A DNA stretch of 63,944 bases from Eledone cirrhosa (taxonomy: Eukaryota). Shown piece after piece: positions 36,915 through 51,007 of the stretch (its first letter is position 1; every line of letters starts with the position of its first letter). Position numbers and translations under genes: made by a program. A model generated the notes under the pieces. It saw only the letters and a program-made list of their open reading frames with translations. It was not told the DNA's origin and did no database searches. The stretch spans positions 112,282,001-112,345,944 of the forward strand of contig OZ024744.1 of the NCBI GenBank assembly GCA_964016885.1. The letters run 5' to 3'.

Positions 36915-38453
36915 ATACATACTACTGTACGTCTGTATACATATATGTATGTACATATACATACATACTTACATTTATATATAAATACATATGTGTATAT
37001 GTGAATTTTGTATATCTAAAGAGATACTGTATTTTTATAAATAAACATTCTGAAAGTCATAGCTAAGCTAGACATGGCCTGGGCCAATACTGGCCAAAAC
37101 CTATCAAAGTTATGAAAATAACATTGGCGGTCAGCGCCGCCGAGCCATGTCCAGCAGAAGCAAAGGGGACAACCATCAATGCATTTCAAACTGAAATGGT
37201 TCTCGTCAGGACAGTGTTTCCCATTTGCCACTCCTAGACTTTGAAAAAACAAAAAGGGACCGATAGAAAGGATAAACCAGCAGCAAAATGAAGGGCGTGG
37301 GGTGGATCTATCCTGTACTTCACTTCAACTCTAGTTCCTCACACCCAATAAATGCTTTAAAAATAAAGAGGAAGGGACAGTACTTCCACAGTTATTTAAT
37401 TTCAACACTAGCCCTATCCCACCCCACCAACACTCACAGTGAAGAAGCACAGTATTTCCAATGTTACTCAACTTCCACACCACCCCCAACCCACATACCT
37501 CCAAGAAATGCTTCAAAAATATAGAACATGAGGAAGGTGGTGGTGGTGGTGCAGGGGCAATATTTCCACTCCACCCTCATTCACACTCACTCACACTCAC
37601 CCAGGAAGAAACATTTCCTACAATAAAAAAAAAATAAAAAATGATAAATAGATAAATAAAAGTTAAAAAAATAAAAGGAAAGCTGGTTAATAATAATTAT
37701 TTCTTGAGTGACTTCCTAAATAAATATGAGGAAAAAATGTCATTTATTATTCTTTTATTTTTTAACTGATTTCAGTCAGTAGACTGTGGTCATGCTGGGG
37801 CACTGCTTTGAAGAGATTTAGTTGATCATGTCGACCCCAGTAGTTATTTGGTTGTTCTTTTTTGTTGTTTTTGGTTGGTTTGGTTTTGTTTCGGGTCTAG
37901 TACTTCTATTATTGATCATCTTTTCGTAAACCATTATAAAGTAGGGAATGAGGTGGAGGAGAGACAGGGGTTGGGGGGGGGGGGGGGGGGGGGGGAAGAA
38001 TCTACATATAGTTTATGCTATGAATATCAAGGTCAGGGTTGCTGATAATATAGTACATAAGTGTATAAATAAAAACTGAATATACACTGTACCAATTGTG
38101 TTGTTATTTCTCTTTACCTTTTTATATATATATAAGACGCCTTCCGGACTTGTCCGACAGACAACCTTTTCCCCCACCCCGGAAAAAAACCCCAGTTGAT
38201 GGATGTGAATCCGAAATATATAGGGACTATTAAATCTCTCCCAAGGTAACTCTCTCTCTTGTGTTGTTATTTTTAATTTTATCCTTTATACTTTTCCCTT
38301 CATTCTACACATCTCACACATCTTATACACACCACACATCTCAACGTACACCCACTTACATCCCTTTCTCCACCACCGGACCTTGTTACCCGGAGATTTA
38401 CCCATTTGCATTGTCGAGGCTTCCAAACGACTTATAGATATTTATATATAGAT

Positions 38454-38772
38454 GGAGGCACATGGCTTAGTGGTTAGAGCATTGGCCTTGCAATCGAAAG
38501 GTTGTGAGTTCAATTCTCAGATGTGATGTGTTGTTTCCTTGAGCAAGACACTTTATTTCACATTGCTCCAGTTTACTCAGCTGTAGAAATGAGATGATAG
38601 GGACTGGGGTCCCTATCATTCCACTGCAAAGTGGTCGTGGAGGTGCCACGGCAAAAAAGCACCCAGCACTCACTGTAAATGAGGTTGGTGTTAGGAAGGG
38701 CATCCAGCTGTAGAAGTCAAGCTAGAATCAGTTCCCGTCCCACCCTTGCAAGCAGGGAAAAGTGGACGTAAA

Positions 38773-38803
<31 letters not shown>
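38454..38803 (+). mobile_element. SINE family A, tail type 2
   Basis: Matches 32666-33003; (gat)n tail. Confidence 0.9.
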
Positions 38804-38804
<1 letters not shown>

Positions 38805-38969
38805 ATCATGATTAATATAGAAACAGCTTCTACAGGACTAGAAGAGTTTCATACTGTGGTTCCCCCGCCTCTGATTGAACCTGGGACTAATATATATATA
38901 TACACACATATATACACACACACACACACATATATGCACACATACACACACAAACACACGTATATATAT

Positions 38970-39672
38970 ATAGGCTTTTTCATCAAAATGAAAGGCAGAC
39001 TATATGATGCTTGTATACGAACAGCAATGTTACATGGTAGTGAGACCTGGGCACTGTGTGTAGAGGACCTGTGTAGATTAGAAAGAAACGAAGCTTGCAT
39101 GCTCCGATGGATGTGTAATAGTAATATATGCAAACGGCAAAGTATAAATGAATTGAGAGAGAGACTGAACATAAGAGGAATCAAATGTTGTGTGCAGGAG
39201 AGGAGATTACGCTGGTATGGACATGTCATGCGTATGAAGAATGACAGCTGCATAAAAAGGTGCAGAGCACTAAAAGTCAATGGAAGTCATGGAGTGGGGA
39301 GACCCAAGAAGACCCGGGATGAGGTGATAAAAGCGGACCTTACCCAATTGCACCTCTCAAAGGCGATGACACAGGACAGAGATCTCTGGCACCATTAATA
39401 CAGAAGACCTGACATCCCACGGGAACAAGCCGAAGCTGAAGCATATGGACAGTATGCACCACCCCCATGCCATCTACCCCCACACAAATCCCATGCAGAA
39501 AGTCTGAAATATATATCAAGTGAAGCCTCCAGCCCACACTGTAAAGCGGTCGTGTAGATGTCACAGCAAAAAGCACCCAGAAATAGGTTCTGTATGAGCA
39601 AGACATGGTCACCTGACCTGGCATTGCTCGAAACAGGATAACTTGTCTAAGCAACGTCAAATGGTGATGATG
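38970..39672 (+). mobile_element. RTE LINE 3' fragment, same family as 1-1528
   Basis: KGRLYDACIRTAMLHGSETW..ERRLRWYGHVMR..GRPKKT; its 3' UTR shares blocks with the SINE A body and tail. Confidence 0.9.
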
Positions 39673-40140
39673 ATAGATATATACAAAGGATATTCGTAGA
39701 TGAAAGGTAAAGAAAAACAATGCTCAATCTATTGCAAGAGAGCTTATTTAGTATAAATAAAGTTTCATACACTTAACATGTATGTGTGGCTATTGGTTTC
39801 TGGTATGAGGACAAATATAGGTATATATGTCCTCTTACCCGATGAGGGGGTCAGTTTGGAAAAGCCTCTTCCAATATACAGTGGTGGCCATAACTGGATT
39901 CCGAAATCAACAGTCACACACACCAAGGCAGCGGATTGGCAGAATCGGTAGAGCGCCGGACAACATGTTCTGCAGCAGAGTTATGGCCCTTTACGTTCTG
40001 AGTTCTAATCCTGCCAAGGTTAGCTTTGCCATTCATCCTTACATGGTCAATAAAATATAAGTAGCACTGGGGTCGATTTAATCGACTTTCCCCTCCCTTC
40101 AAATTGCTGGCCTTGTGCCTAAAATAGAAACTTTATTTAT

Positions 40141-40400
40141 ACTCTACATGATGGACTCTCCCGTCGATTTGACATATGAGGGCTCAACAATCTTTTTAGT
40201 TCATTGTTTTATGTTTATGCCTCAAATGCCACTTCACTCCAGCCGCTGATTTACACATCAATCCACATTTGGTGCAGGTGATAGGATCTTGAACAGAGCA
40301 GGCTGGAATGCCTGACCAGACTTTGGTATCGGATCTTATCTCAAAGTTCTTTATACCTCTGAGGCAGACGGTTCTCCACCACCGATGGTGAGCCAGAGGT
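40141..40400 (-). mobile_element. RTE 3' fragment with terminal C2H2 finger
   Basis: Minus strand WRTVCLRGIKNFE and ITCTKCGLMCKSAAGVKWHLRHKH. Confidence 0.6.
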
Positions 40401-40464
40401 ATATCACTAAAAACAAAAGCTGAAGTTTATCGCGTAGTCATACTGACAACACTCTTATATATAT

Positions 40465-40806
40465 ATCATCATCATCATCATCATTTTACGTCCGCTTTTC
40501 CCTGCTTGCAAGGGTGGGACGGGAACTGATTCTGGCTTGATTTCTACAGCTGGATGCCCTTCCTAACACCAACCTCATTTACAGAGAGTGCTGGGTGCTT
40601 TTTTGCCGTGGCACCTCCACGACCACTTTGCAGTGGAATGATAGGGACCCCAGTCCCTATCATCTCATTTCTACAGCTGAGTAAACTGGAGCAATGTGAA
40701 ATAAAGTGTCTTGCTCAAGGAAACAACACATCACCCGGTCTGAGAAGTGAACTCACAACCTTTCGATTGCAAGGCCAATGCTCTAACCACTAAGCCATGT
40801 GCCTCC
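40465..40806 (-). mobile_element. SINE family A, tail type 2
   Basis: Reverse complement of 32666-33003. Confidence 0.9.
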
Positions 40807-40860
40807 ATAAGATAAAATAAAATAAATAAGTCAAATGTTTAAAATTTGGCTTCGTTTATT

Positions 40861-40915
40861 ACTGCTATATATATTTCGGTGACATCCATCTTTGGCTGTG
40901 ACCTCTTCAGGCAGT
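40861..40915 (-). ncRNA. Type I hammerhead ribozyme
   Basis: Minus strand ACTGC-CTGAAGA-ggtcac agccaaagatggat gtcacc-GAAA-tatata-TA-GCAGT; intact core, 5-bp stem I. Confidence 0.72.
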
Positions 40916-40990
40916 CCGAATTAGTGTGGTAGAGACGAGTACACATGTTGTTGAGGTGTTTAACTTTGTCAATACTCTGATATGCCCAGT

Positions 40991-41034
<44 letters not shown>

Positions 41035-41344
41035 TATTAAAGCCTGTTGAAGCAAAGTTGCCAATTTTGTGGCATCTTGTGGTGAACATTTCTAATAACG
41101 ACCATGGTAGCATGTGGGGGTGGTCAGAGGAGGAGGAGGAGGAGGAGGAGGAGTGTAAGGTATTTATTTTCATCGTATTTCATTTAATGCCAAAAAACAG
41201 AGGGGAAAGAACAGTGAAACTATCGTTGTCCACATCATACACACAGGTTTTACATAACACAAACACTTATACCTTGCATACTTCTACACATACACACAGA
41301 TGGCACTCAAGACTTACATCACAAACACACACGTTTTACATTAC

Positions 41345-41700
41345 ACAGTGACACACCACACCACATACAACACACTACACAATACCACACCACACCAGAA
41401 CTACACCGCACTACATCACATCACACCACACTACACTACACTACAACACACTACACCACACCACACTGCACTACACTACACAATACCACACCACACCACC
41501 ACGCCACACTACCCCACACCGTACCAAACTATACTACACTATACCACACCACACTACACTACACCACACCGTACCGTACCAAACTATACCACACCACACT
41601 ACACTACCCCACACCGTACCAAACTATACCACACTACACCACACCACGCTGTACCAAACTATACTACACTATACCACACTACACCGCAGAACACTACAAC
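41345..41700. repeat. Degenerate pentamer microsatellite (CACCA/CACTA/TACCA)n
   Basis: Directly visible. Confidence 0.9.
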
Positions 41701-42343
41701 CATTTCATTGTTTTTTTTTGTGTGTTTTTATTGCAAAAATAACTATTTTTTGTCATTGTTTTCTGAACCATTTAACTCTTCCATTATAATATCTAATATT
41801 TCTAATGAAATACGGTGCTTCGGATTTTTATATTATTCTGAAAATAATCAAAAATTTGAAAGGATTTGTTATAATATAACTTATACATTATTTTACTGCT
41901 GTTTGGCACATAACTTAAAGGTTATTAAATAAATTTATGATGGAAGGTTTTTAAATAAATATAAACACTTTAGGATAAACCGTTTTGTATCGTAGAACCA
42001 AGTGTGTTTGGAACATAAATTGAAGGTACTCAACTAATGGAAACATTTTTTTTTAAGGTAAATATAAAACACTTTAATGTAATAAAAATGACTTTTAGTT
42101 AGTGTTAATTATTGTGAGGGGTGCTTTCCTGTCTTCCCCATGTTTGCCAATTGAATGGCACCGGCACTAGTGGTAGTAGTGGAGGGAGAACAATGCCATA
42201 ATCCTTATTTTTAGTCCCTTCTTTTCTTATGATACAGATTTTTAATACTTGTGTGAGTGTATATCCTGGCATTTATCCTGCTTTGTGCATACATAGATAC
42301 ATATACACAAACTGATGCATAAACACATACATACATTCATAGA

Positions 42344-42377
<34 letters not shown>

Positions 42378-43436
42378 AAAAAATGTGTACTCCATCAGTT
42401 CTAGAGACAACTATTCTACTGTCCGGATGTTGCACAGATCAAGGAGCATATGACTACAAGAGCTTCCTCTGTCAAAAAAAACACCTTGATAAATAGCACA
42501 ACTGAGACATTGAGGTCATCATAGAGGTGACAAAAAGGAATGTGGGGAATTTAAGAATTAAAGAGGCCATAATTATGAACACACATTAACCAGTAATGAA
42601 CATAGCTTCATTGAGCAGAGTCATTAGGACATTGGATTAAATAACTGTATTTGTTCCCTATCTCTGTGTTCTGAGTTCAAATCCAGTTGAGGTCAACTTT
42701 GCTTTTTATCCTTTTGGAGTTGATAAATAAAATAAGAGTCTAGGAAGCATTGAATTGCCATGATGCTCTACCAATTACACCAATCCAATGATTGGTGCAA
42801 TTGGTAGAGTGTTGGATGTGCTCCCTTGCAGTATCTATTTGAGCTCTTTAGATTCCCTGTTGCTTGATCTGATACTGTAGACCTACTACCATTAACTGGA
42901 CCCAAAGTAACTGTTACTCTGTCATAAGGGAATGTAAGGAACTAAAATAGATACTGCAAGGAAGCTCATTTGATATTCTAACAATTACACCAATCACTGG
43001 ATTGGCAGTATCGCAGAGCATCACAGCATTTAGTTATGTCCATTTACATTTTGAGTTCAAATCCTGCTGAGGTTAGCTTTGCCTTTCAGTCCTATATGTT
43101 GATAAATAAAGCACCAGTCGATTGATTGATTTAATCAAATTTCCCCTTCCCCCCAAATTGTTGACATTTAGTGGGATCAGATAGGATAATGTAAAGGGAC
43201 ATAATTAAATGTTTCTAGGTTTTTGTTTGATGCTTCAATGATTCTGCTAATGATGATAATAATAAAACTTCCTTTCTCTAAAGAAGGTTTGTTAGCTTAG
43301 ACCAGCAAGAACCATATAAAAGGTGCAAGAAGATGACATGAAAGGCTGACAACATATGTTGTTTTTTTTGTAAAAAAAAAACATATATTAAGAGAAACAA
43401 CAAACATGTACAATTTTTCCTAAGTTTATTTATATA

Positions 43437-43485
<49 letters not shown>

Positions 43486-44020
43486 TTATGAAAATTAACA
43501 AAGAGAAGACAACAAATGGAAACAAGGCTAAACGAAAAACGATTTTTTGAAGGAGAAACCATAAAAAATTATTTTTTTGAAAAATAAAATAAAAACGAAA
43601 GACACAGAACTCCAGGCTCTTCAGTTGTTGAGATGGAATTTGGCAGTTTTGACACCTACCAATGGCACTGCTGGTTCACTTGTGGTCAAAGCATCTGACA
43701 TGAGCCAAAGTGTTGTGCATGGAGTAAAAGACAAGACAAAACACACACACACATATAATATATGTGTGTGTGTTGCTGATCTCTCACAAAGGGGCAGCCT
43801 ATCCTACCCATGCTAGCATGGAAGATGGATGTTAAACAATGATGATGATGATATATATGTTATTATGTAACTTGTGGTTACTAGCGGTGACGCTGGTCGA
43901 AGCACTCGATGCTGTTACCATGTCCATCCCAAGTTGGGTTGTGCTCCAGGTTTAAGGCAGCTGTAGTTTGCAGAGTGAATATAAAATGACAAAAGAAGTC
44001 GGATTTGTAATGAAACTTTA

Positions 44021-44112
44021 TTGCATATTACAACTATTCCAATATTGATAAGCTCGGGTTTGATCAGGCGATCAGATCCCGACTCTTAATTGACACCTCT
44101 TCAGATATGCAA
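44021..44112 (-). ncRNA. Hammerhead with one core mutation (GGAA for GAAA)
   Basis: Minus strand TTGCATAT-CTGAAGA-[hairpin taag..tcggg..tgatc gcct gatca..cccga..ctta]-GGAA-tagttg-TA-ATATGCAA; 8-bp stem I. Confidence 0.6.
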
Positions 44113-44319
44113 GTTTATATGGGTGATCCCATTAAAAATATATATATATATATATATTAGAATAAATTGACAACCAAAGCAGTACTTCAAATCCTTTTGG
44201 TTGCCATATTGATTTTAAAAAAATTATGCTCTGTATTCTTCCCTATATGGTTAATATATCGAGTTTCTTTGCATTAGGTAAGAAACTGATATTATACCCA
44301 ATTTATTCACACACGCACA

Positions 44320-45150
44320 GACATACATAATCTTCTCTGGTTTCCTAATGTTCTCTACCAGATACGTCATCTTACTCTCATTCATTCTCAGCCCCACATT
44401 CATCAACGCAATCTCCACCTCCTGCATCAACTCCTCTGCCACCTTCACTGTGTTTGTCACCAGAACTATGTCATCAAATTTAGCATCTGATATCTTTTTC
44501 GCCTTAACTCTCCTGCTCTGAACCAGTGTTACAGTAAAGCCAGAGTCCTAGTGTTTCTCCAGTGCAAGGCGCATACAATATTCAAGAGAAGCTGCTAGGA
44601 TTGGTTGAGGACTTCATGAATCTGGGAGCAAAGATTGGGAATACAGAAAATGATGTGGTGGAGAGGAGGAGCAAAGCCCAGGCAGTGTGCCACAGTTTGA
44701 GGTCAATGTGGAAGTCAGACCTTCGTAAAGACCTGAAGATCCGTCTCTGTAGTGGAGTCTGTGCTGCTGTATGGGTCTGAGACCTGGACACTGACCAAGA
44801 AACTCACTCAGATGGTAGATGGGTGCTACAGGAGAATGCTGAAGATGGCTCTGAACATTAATCAGTATACACTGAGGATGAAGGACTCAGAGCTATACGG
44901 GAGCCTCCCAAAAGTCAGCTCAAAAGTAACACAAAGGAGACTGAGGTTAGCTGGACATGCTCACCGACATCCAGAGTTGGCACTGCACTCAGTGGTCCTG
45001 TGGGAGTCCCTACACGGACACACTAGAAGAGGAAGACCAAGGTTGACATATATTGATGCCCTAAGGACAGACACTGGTCTCTGGGAGATGCAGGACATGG
45101 TGGCCATGATGAATGAAGGACAGAGACTGCTGGAGAGAACTCATCCTGGA
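44320..45150. mobile_element. RTE-type LINE with an inverted 5' segment (44320-44548 minus, 44560-45150 plus)
   Basis: Minus: GFTVTLVQSRRVKAKKISDAKFDDIVLV..VGLRMNESK; plus: VEDFMNLGAKI..VESVLLYGSETW..RRLRLAGH..RGRPRLTYID. Confidence 0.8.
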
Positions 45151-45183
45151 TTTCAGGAATTTTACCTGCTCTACATATATATA

Positions 45184-47330
45184 CAGACCTGCCAACCTCT
45201 AAAATCCCAAAACAGAGAGTACCATGAAAAACAATGCCCCAAAACAGGGAGAAATGAGGCGAAATGGGCAGATTTTACATAATTAAAGTTATACCCATTT
45301 TCACAAGAGAAGACATCTCTCACCCACCCCAAAGGATATTGCAAATGTTTATGGAAGAACATCAGTAATGATTTCAAATGAAATTTAATGAATAAAGTCA
45401 TTCAAATAAACCTAAGAATTTCAATGACAAATTAAAAAAAAAAGCAAAATTAACAAAAGAGATCCAGTTGCAACGATAAGAATAAATCATCAACATCATA
45501 AAATTCCAGGATTATACAATTGCATGTTTTTGTAGCTTTTTTTGCTGAATCGACAACATCTTGAGTGGGGACGCACTTGTGACAGGGCATTTCGCTCTCA
45601 GGAACAAATGTCTTCATCATTAAAATGTTGGATAAAATTCCGTCAAGTTTCAGAGATGAGCAGGAATCAGTTTTATTCTTTCTCACCATGCTGAACAATC
45701 GTTCCGCATCAGCGCTGCTGTGAGAAATGACCAAAACAATTTCTGCAAGTTTACACAGATTCTTAAAACGTTTCAATTGAGTAGCAGCTATTTGCATTTC
45801 ACCTATGTTCCATCATAAAGCAATCGACTCGATAATGAAAGACCTCATTTTTCTTGTCATCTACTCCATCCACATCTACGCCGCACAAGCAGTGTCACTG
45901 ATCTCACCATCTTTCATAGTCTGGTAATCAAATATTTTATCATATAAATCATCCACCTTGATGTTTCCAATGGATGATACAGAGTTGTACTTAGTAAAGA
46001 AAAACTCAACATTTTCCCATGTGGCATCGTTTTACTTCATAACAGACACTATTTGTTATAATTTCATCATTCAATGGAAATTTATTTTGAATGTAACAAA
46101 GATTCTTTGAAATATGCTTGTACGGCTTTGTGAAATACTACATTTTCCTCCTCTGTGATACTTCCGTCATTTAAAAGTCTCCTCAATTGGCTTTAGTCAC
46201 CTCTCCCATATATATAAATTGAGGATCTTTAAATAGGTCATCGTTATCAATATCAATGTCACTTATGGAAGTAATCGCCTTCATTTCTTCCCAAGATTTT
46301 CCATGGATGACTTGAGTAAATGAATTGTAGGCCCTTCTCTCTGCAACAATAAATTGAAGTTTGTAAAGACTGATATAACGGAACTGTGAAATAAAAAAGC
46401 AGGCTCGAAAAAAGGATTTGCAAACCGAGTTCAAAGCCTTTTAAAACGTTCAGCACTCCGACTTTCATTCAGAAAATAAGACTTCAAACTTGGAAATTTT
46501 TTCAAAATTCTGTTTAACCCTTTAGCATTTACATTACTCCATATTTACTATTGTATTTTCATGATAAAGACTTTATCTCATATTATTATCCCACATAATA
46601 TAAAAACTTTGAGATCTTTGAGAACAATACCTTAACATAAGTATGAGCAGCTGGTTATGGCCAGTTTGAACAGAAAGAGGAAAGAGAATTCTGATCAGGT
46701 ATAGCCGGTTTAAATGCTAAAGGGTTAAACAATGTTCTAATGACAACCATCGAACCAACAAATGTTTTAGGACCTGCTGATGTTCCTGCCTTCTTAAATG
46801 AAACTAAATTTGAAACTACCTGAAAATGCAGTCTTTTTCTTCTTTGGTTCAATTTCAATCTCATTAGTCACTATATACTTCTTCAGAAACGTTATTATCT
46901 GCTTCCTTTGACATAGAGAAAAGTCCACAACATTCTTCCGAAACAAAACTAAAGCAATGAATTTCACAACACACCGAAGAGTAATTTCTTTACTGCATAC
47001 GTGGTCACATGTGATTGGTTGAAATCATTCGATTTTATTATTCAAAGCAAAATAGCCACCAAAATAATCTTCATCTCGTAGGTTCTTTCCTGTCTCGTCT
47101 GAATAAATGTGATAAACAACTTTTCTGTAATCTCCTTTATCAAATAAACAAACATCTTTTAAAAAGAATGTCTGGAATAAGCAGTCACAAAACACAAAGC
47201 AAATAGAAATATTGAAAAATATTTGAAACGGGGAGTTTTCATGGGAGATTTTGCAAGTTTGTCAAAAATGGGGAAATTTAATGTCCTAACGGCGAAAAAT
47301 GAGCCAAAACGGGGAGAGTTGAGAGGTCTG
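45184..47330 (-). mobile_element. hAT-like DNA transposon, internally deleted, with transposase pseudogene
   Basis: TIRs CAGACCTgcCAAC / GTTGagAGGTCTG; hAT dimerisation motif LAEIVLVISHSSADAERLFSMVRKNKT at 45450-45797; no matching TSD found. Confidence 0.82.
46518..46724. mobile_element. piggyBac-type MITE nested in the hAT element
   Basis: TTAA on both sides (46514-46517, 46725-46728); perfect 14-bp TIR CCCTTTAGCATTTA / TAAATGCTAAAGGG. Confidence 0.88.
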
Positions 47331-47827
47331 TGTGAGTGTGTGTGTGTGTATATTTATATATACAAACACAAACACCACAAATCAATACTCAACACCAAGT
47401 TTTACATAGAAATCAAACATTTCTTTCTGTAAATAATGTTTAAAGGCGGGTGGAAGAAACTACTTAGTTTCTCTTGTCCCAGGTCACAAGTAATTACCTG
47501 GCATGGAATTGTATAACACCTGCACAGAAGCACGAATGCCAGAATAATAATTGTTTCTAATTTTGGCACAAGGCCAGCAATTATCCTAGTGAATTACTGG
47601 TACATTATTTTATCACCCCGTAAGGATGAAAGGCAAAGTTAACCTCGGTTGGATTTGAACTCAGATCATAAAGAGTCATAACTCTATGCTGCAAAGCATG
47701 GTGTCCGACCCTCTACCGATTCTATAACGTTTTACCATCCCAAGAGACTAAAACATAACCTTGATGGAATTTGAAAAAATAAATAAATGCTCTGATTTGA
47801 AGAACAAAATTACATGAATGTGGTGAA

Positions 47828-48165
47828 TACCACCTCACAACATCCAGATAATTCCAGTTGTCACCAGAACTTTCGGTTAAATACCATTACCACCTCACAA
47901 CATCCAGATAATTCCAGTTGTCACCAGAACTTTCGGTTAAATACCATTACCCCCTCACAACATCCAGATAATTCCAGTTGTCACCAGAACTTTCGGTTAA
48001 ATACCATTACCCCCTCACAACATCCAGATAATTCCAGTTGTCACCAGAACTTTCGGTTAAATACCATTACCCCCTCACAACATCCAGATAATTCCAGTTG
48101 TCACCAGAACTTTCGGTTAAATACCATTACCCCCTCACAACATCCAGATAATTCTAAATACCATT
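47828..48165. repeat. 60-bp minisatellite, ~5.5 near-identical copies
   Basis: Unit ataccattaccccctcacaacatccagataattccagttgtcaccagaactttcggttaa. Confidence 0.97.
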
Positions 48166-48390
48166 AAAACTGAGAGGATAACTTTAGTAAATAAACCTCA
48201 AATTACAAATTGCTCATCTAGAAAAGACTGCCATATTGGGTACTGCTCATTTACTCAGGTCAATGTTGGGACTTGACAAGTAATAGAAGATCCAGTAATA
48301 TTTATTGTAAAACCATCAATAATTATAACAACAAGGATTTCTAATTTAGGCACAAGGTCAACAATTTGTGGGAAGAGGGAAAGTCAATTA

Positions 48391-49189
48391 GGCGATATCC
48401 AATTTTAGCGGCCTAAATGCCGCTTACTTGCTGCTTACTTCAATGTATGAGGCTATTCCAACAAATTTACATTCCCCCTTTTTTAGCCGTTAAAAGAAAT
48501 ATAGATTTATTTATTGTTTTTTTTTGCGATTTATTTGCCACTGGGTCATAGATTTCTTTATTTGCCCCCTTTTTGTTTGTTTGTTTGTTTGTTTTTTTGC
48601 GATTTATTAGCCTTTTGGGGTCACACACACCCCCGTAGAAAGTGTGCGACCTTTCTGCCAGGGAGCACAGAGAGAGAGGGGGATGCTCCCTTCTTCTCTT
48701 ACCTGTACAAGCCGATATAGAGAGATGGCCCGCTTACACGGGCCATTATTGCTACTTTCACCCATCTTTCATGGAATTGGCTGGGACTGAGTGCCTTTTT
48801 CTCCACCTTGATCCTTCTTTCGAAGTGGTATCGGAAGAAGAGGACCATTTGTTGGCTGGTGACATATCCCCACAGGTAAGAGAAGAAGGGAGCACCCCCC
48901 TCTCTCTGTGCTCCCTGGCAGAAAGGTCGCACACTTTCTACGGGGGCGTGTGTGACCCCAAAAGGCTAATAAATCGCAAAACAAACAAACAAACAAACAA
49001 ACAAAAAAGGGTCAAATAAAGAAATCTATGCCCCAGTGGCAAATAAATCGCAAAAAAAAAAAACAATAAATAAATCTATATTTCTTTTAACGGTTAAAAA
49101 AAGGGGAATGTAAATTTGTTGGAATAGCCTCATACATTGAAGTAAGCAGCAAGTAAGCGGCATTTAGGCCGCTAAAATTGGATATCGCC
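48391..49189. mobile_element. Foldback DNA element (Merlin-like ends) with ~316-bp TIRs, 8-bp TSD and captured Tx1 3' sequence
   Basis: TSD GTCAATTA at 48383-48390 and 49190-49197; ends GGCGATATCC..GGATATCGCC; arms 48391-48706 and 48872-49189; interrupts a SINE. Confidence 0.88.
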
Positions 49190-49791
49190 GTCAATTACAT
49201 TGACCCCAGTAAGTTACTGGTACTACATTTTATCAATTCCTGAATGATGTAAGGTAAAGGTAACCTAACCTCGGCAGGATTTGAACTCACAAAACGTAGA
49301 AAGTGATACCTAAATACAGCAAAGCATCTTGTCAAAATACTAGGGATACAGCCAATCATGTAACCCTATTAACAAGAACAATAACAACAAAATTGTTTCT
49401 ACTTTAGGCACAAGGCCAGCAAATACCCCCCAGTGCATTACTGGTACTTTATTTTATCGACCCCGTAAGGATGAAAGGCAAAGTCAACCTCGGCGGGATT
49501 TGAACTCAGATTGTAAAGGGACGTAACTATGCTGGAAAGCATGGCGTCCGACCCTCTACCGATACTGCCAATCCACAATAATAACATAATAGAGAAACAC
49601 GAAGAAAAGACTGAGTGAATGGTGGTAAAAGGTAAAAGCAGAGAAGTTGTTTATGTAAAAATCCAGGAAACGACATGTAGCTTCAGGTTACTGTAGCACA
49701 TATAATCAAACAAAGATCAAAGAGCTTATTACACAAGAATGTGTCACGCCTGAATAAGCTGCAATGAAGAAAACCAGATTGTAACAACAAT

Positions 49792-49877
<86 letters not shown>

Positions 49878-50092
49878 AATACATACATGTACACACACAC
49901 ACACACATTTTAAGATACGAGAGTGGCTGCTATTATTTGGACAGTACGGGTGCTGTTTACATTATGTAAGAATAACAACTGACATTTTCTCTGTAACAAC
50001 TGGTAGAGACGATAGACAGAAAAGGAAATATACATATATATAATATCATCATTTAACGTCCATTTTTCCAAGCGTTCATAGGTGTGTGTATG

Positions 50093-50291
<199 letters not shown>

Positions 50292-50766
50292 GTATGTATA
50301 TATACATATATACATATATACAGAGAGAGAGAATCCCAGCATCTCTATGCTAAAATATGTACAAAGAAAAAGAAGAAGAAAAGAAGAAAAACAAAAAGAA
50401 AAAGAAAAGAAGAAGAAGAACAACAACAACAACAACAACGACGACAACGACAACAACAAAGACAAAGGAGACACAGTAAAACTAATTTCAAGTGTCATTC
50501 CATTTACATATATAAATGAATATTGACCTGCTGCCATATTCAGCAATGAGGTTTCCAGTTGTTACATGAACTTATATTCCTTTAGTCTTTTATTCAATCA
50601 ATGGTTTCAGCTAGACTGGCCATGCCAGGGCACTACACCGAAGGATTTTAATTGATAATATCGACCCAAGTATTTTTATTTTCAAGCCTGGTACTTATTC
50701 TATTACTCTCTTTTTGTCGAACCACTAAGTTACAGAGCATAAATAAACAGCTGTAAACAACGACAT

Positions 50767-50816
<50 letters not shown>

Positions 50817-51007
50817 GTCTTCTATGCAGCTTCCATCTACCAAATTTCATTCATAAGACATTAGTCAACGTGAGGCTATAATATAAGACACATACCTGAG
50901 TTGCCATGCAGTTAAAAGGGAAGTGAAAACCATGTGGTTGCAGAGTAAGCCACATCGCCACTGTTTTATGTAAGGAAGTTTTCTGGAGGAAGAGGCCTTC
51001 TCAGACT

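Noticed and set aside
37016-37252. Cys-rich minus-strand ORF in non-repeat sequence
   Set aside because: No recognisable domain and weak splice sites; could be a conserved non-coding element
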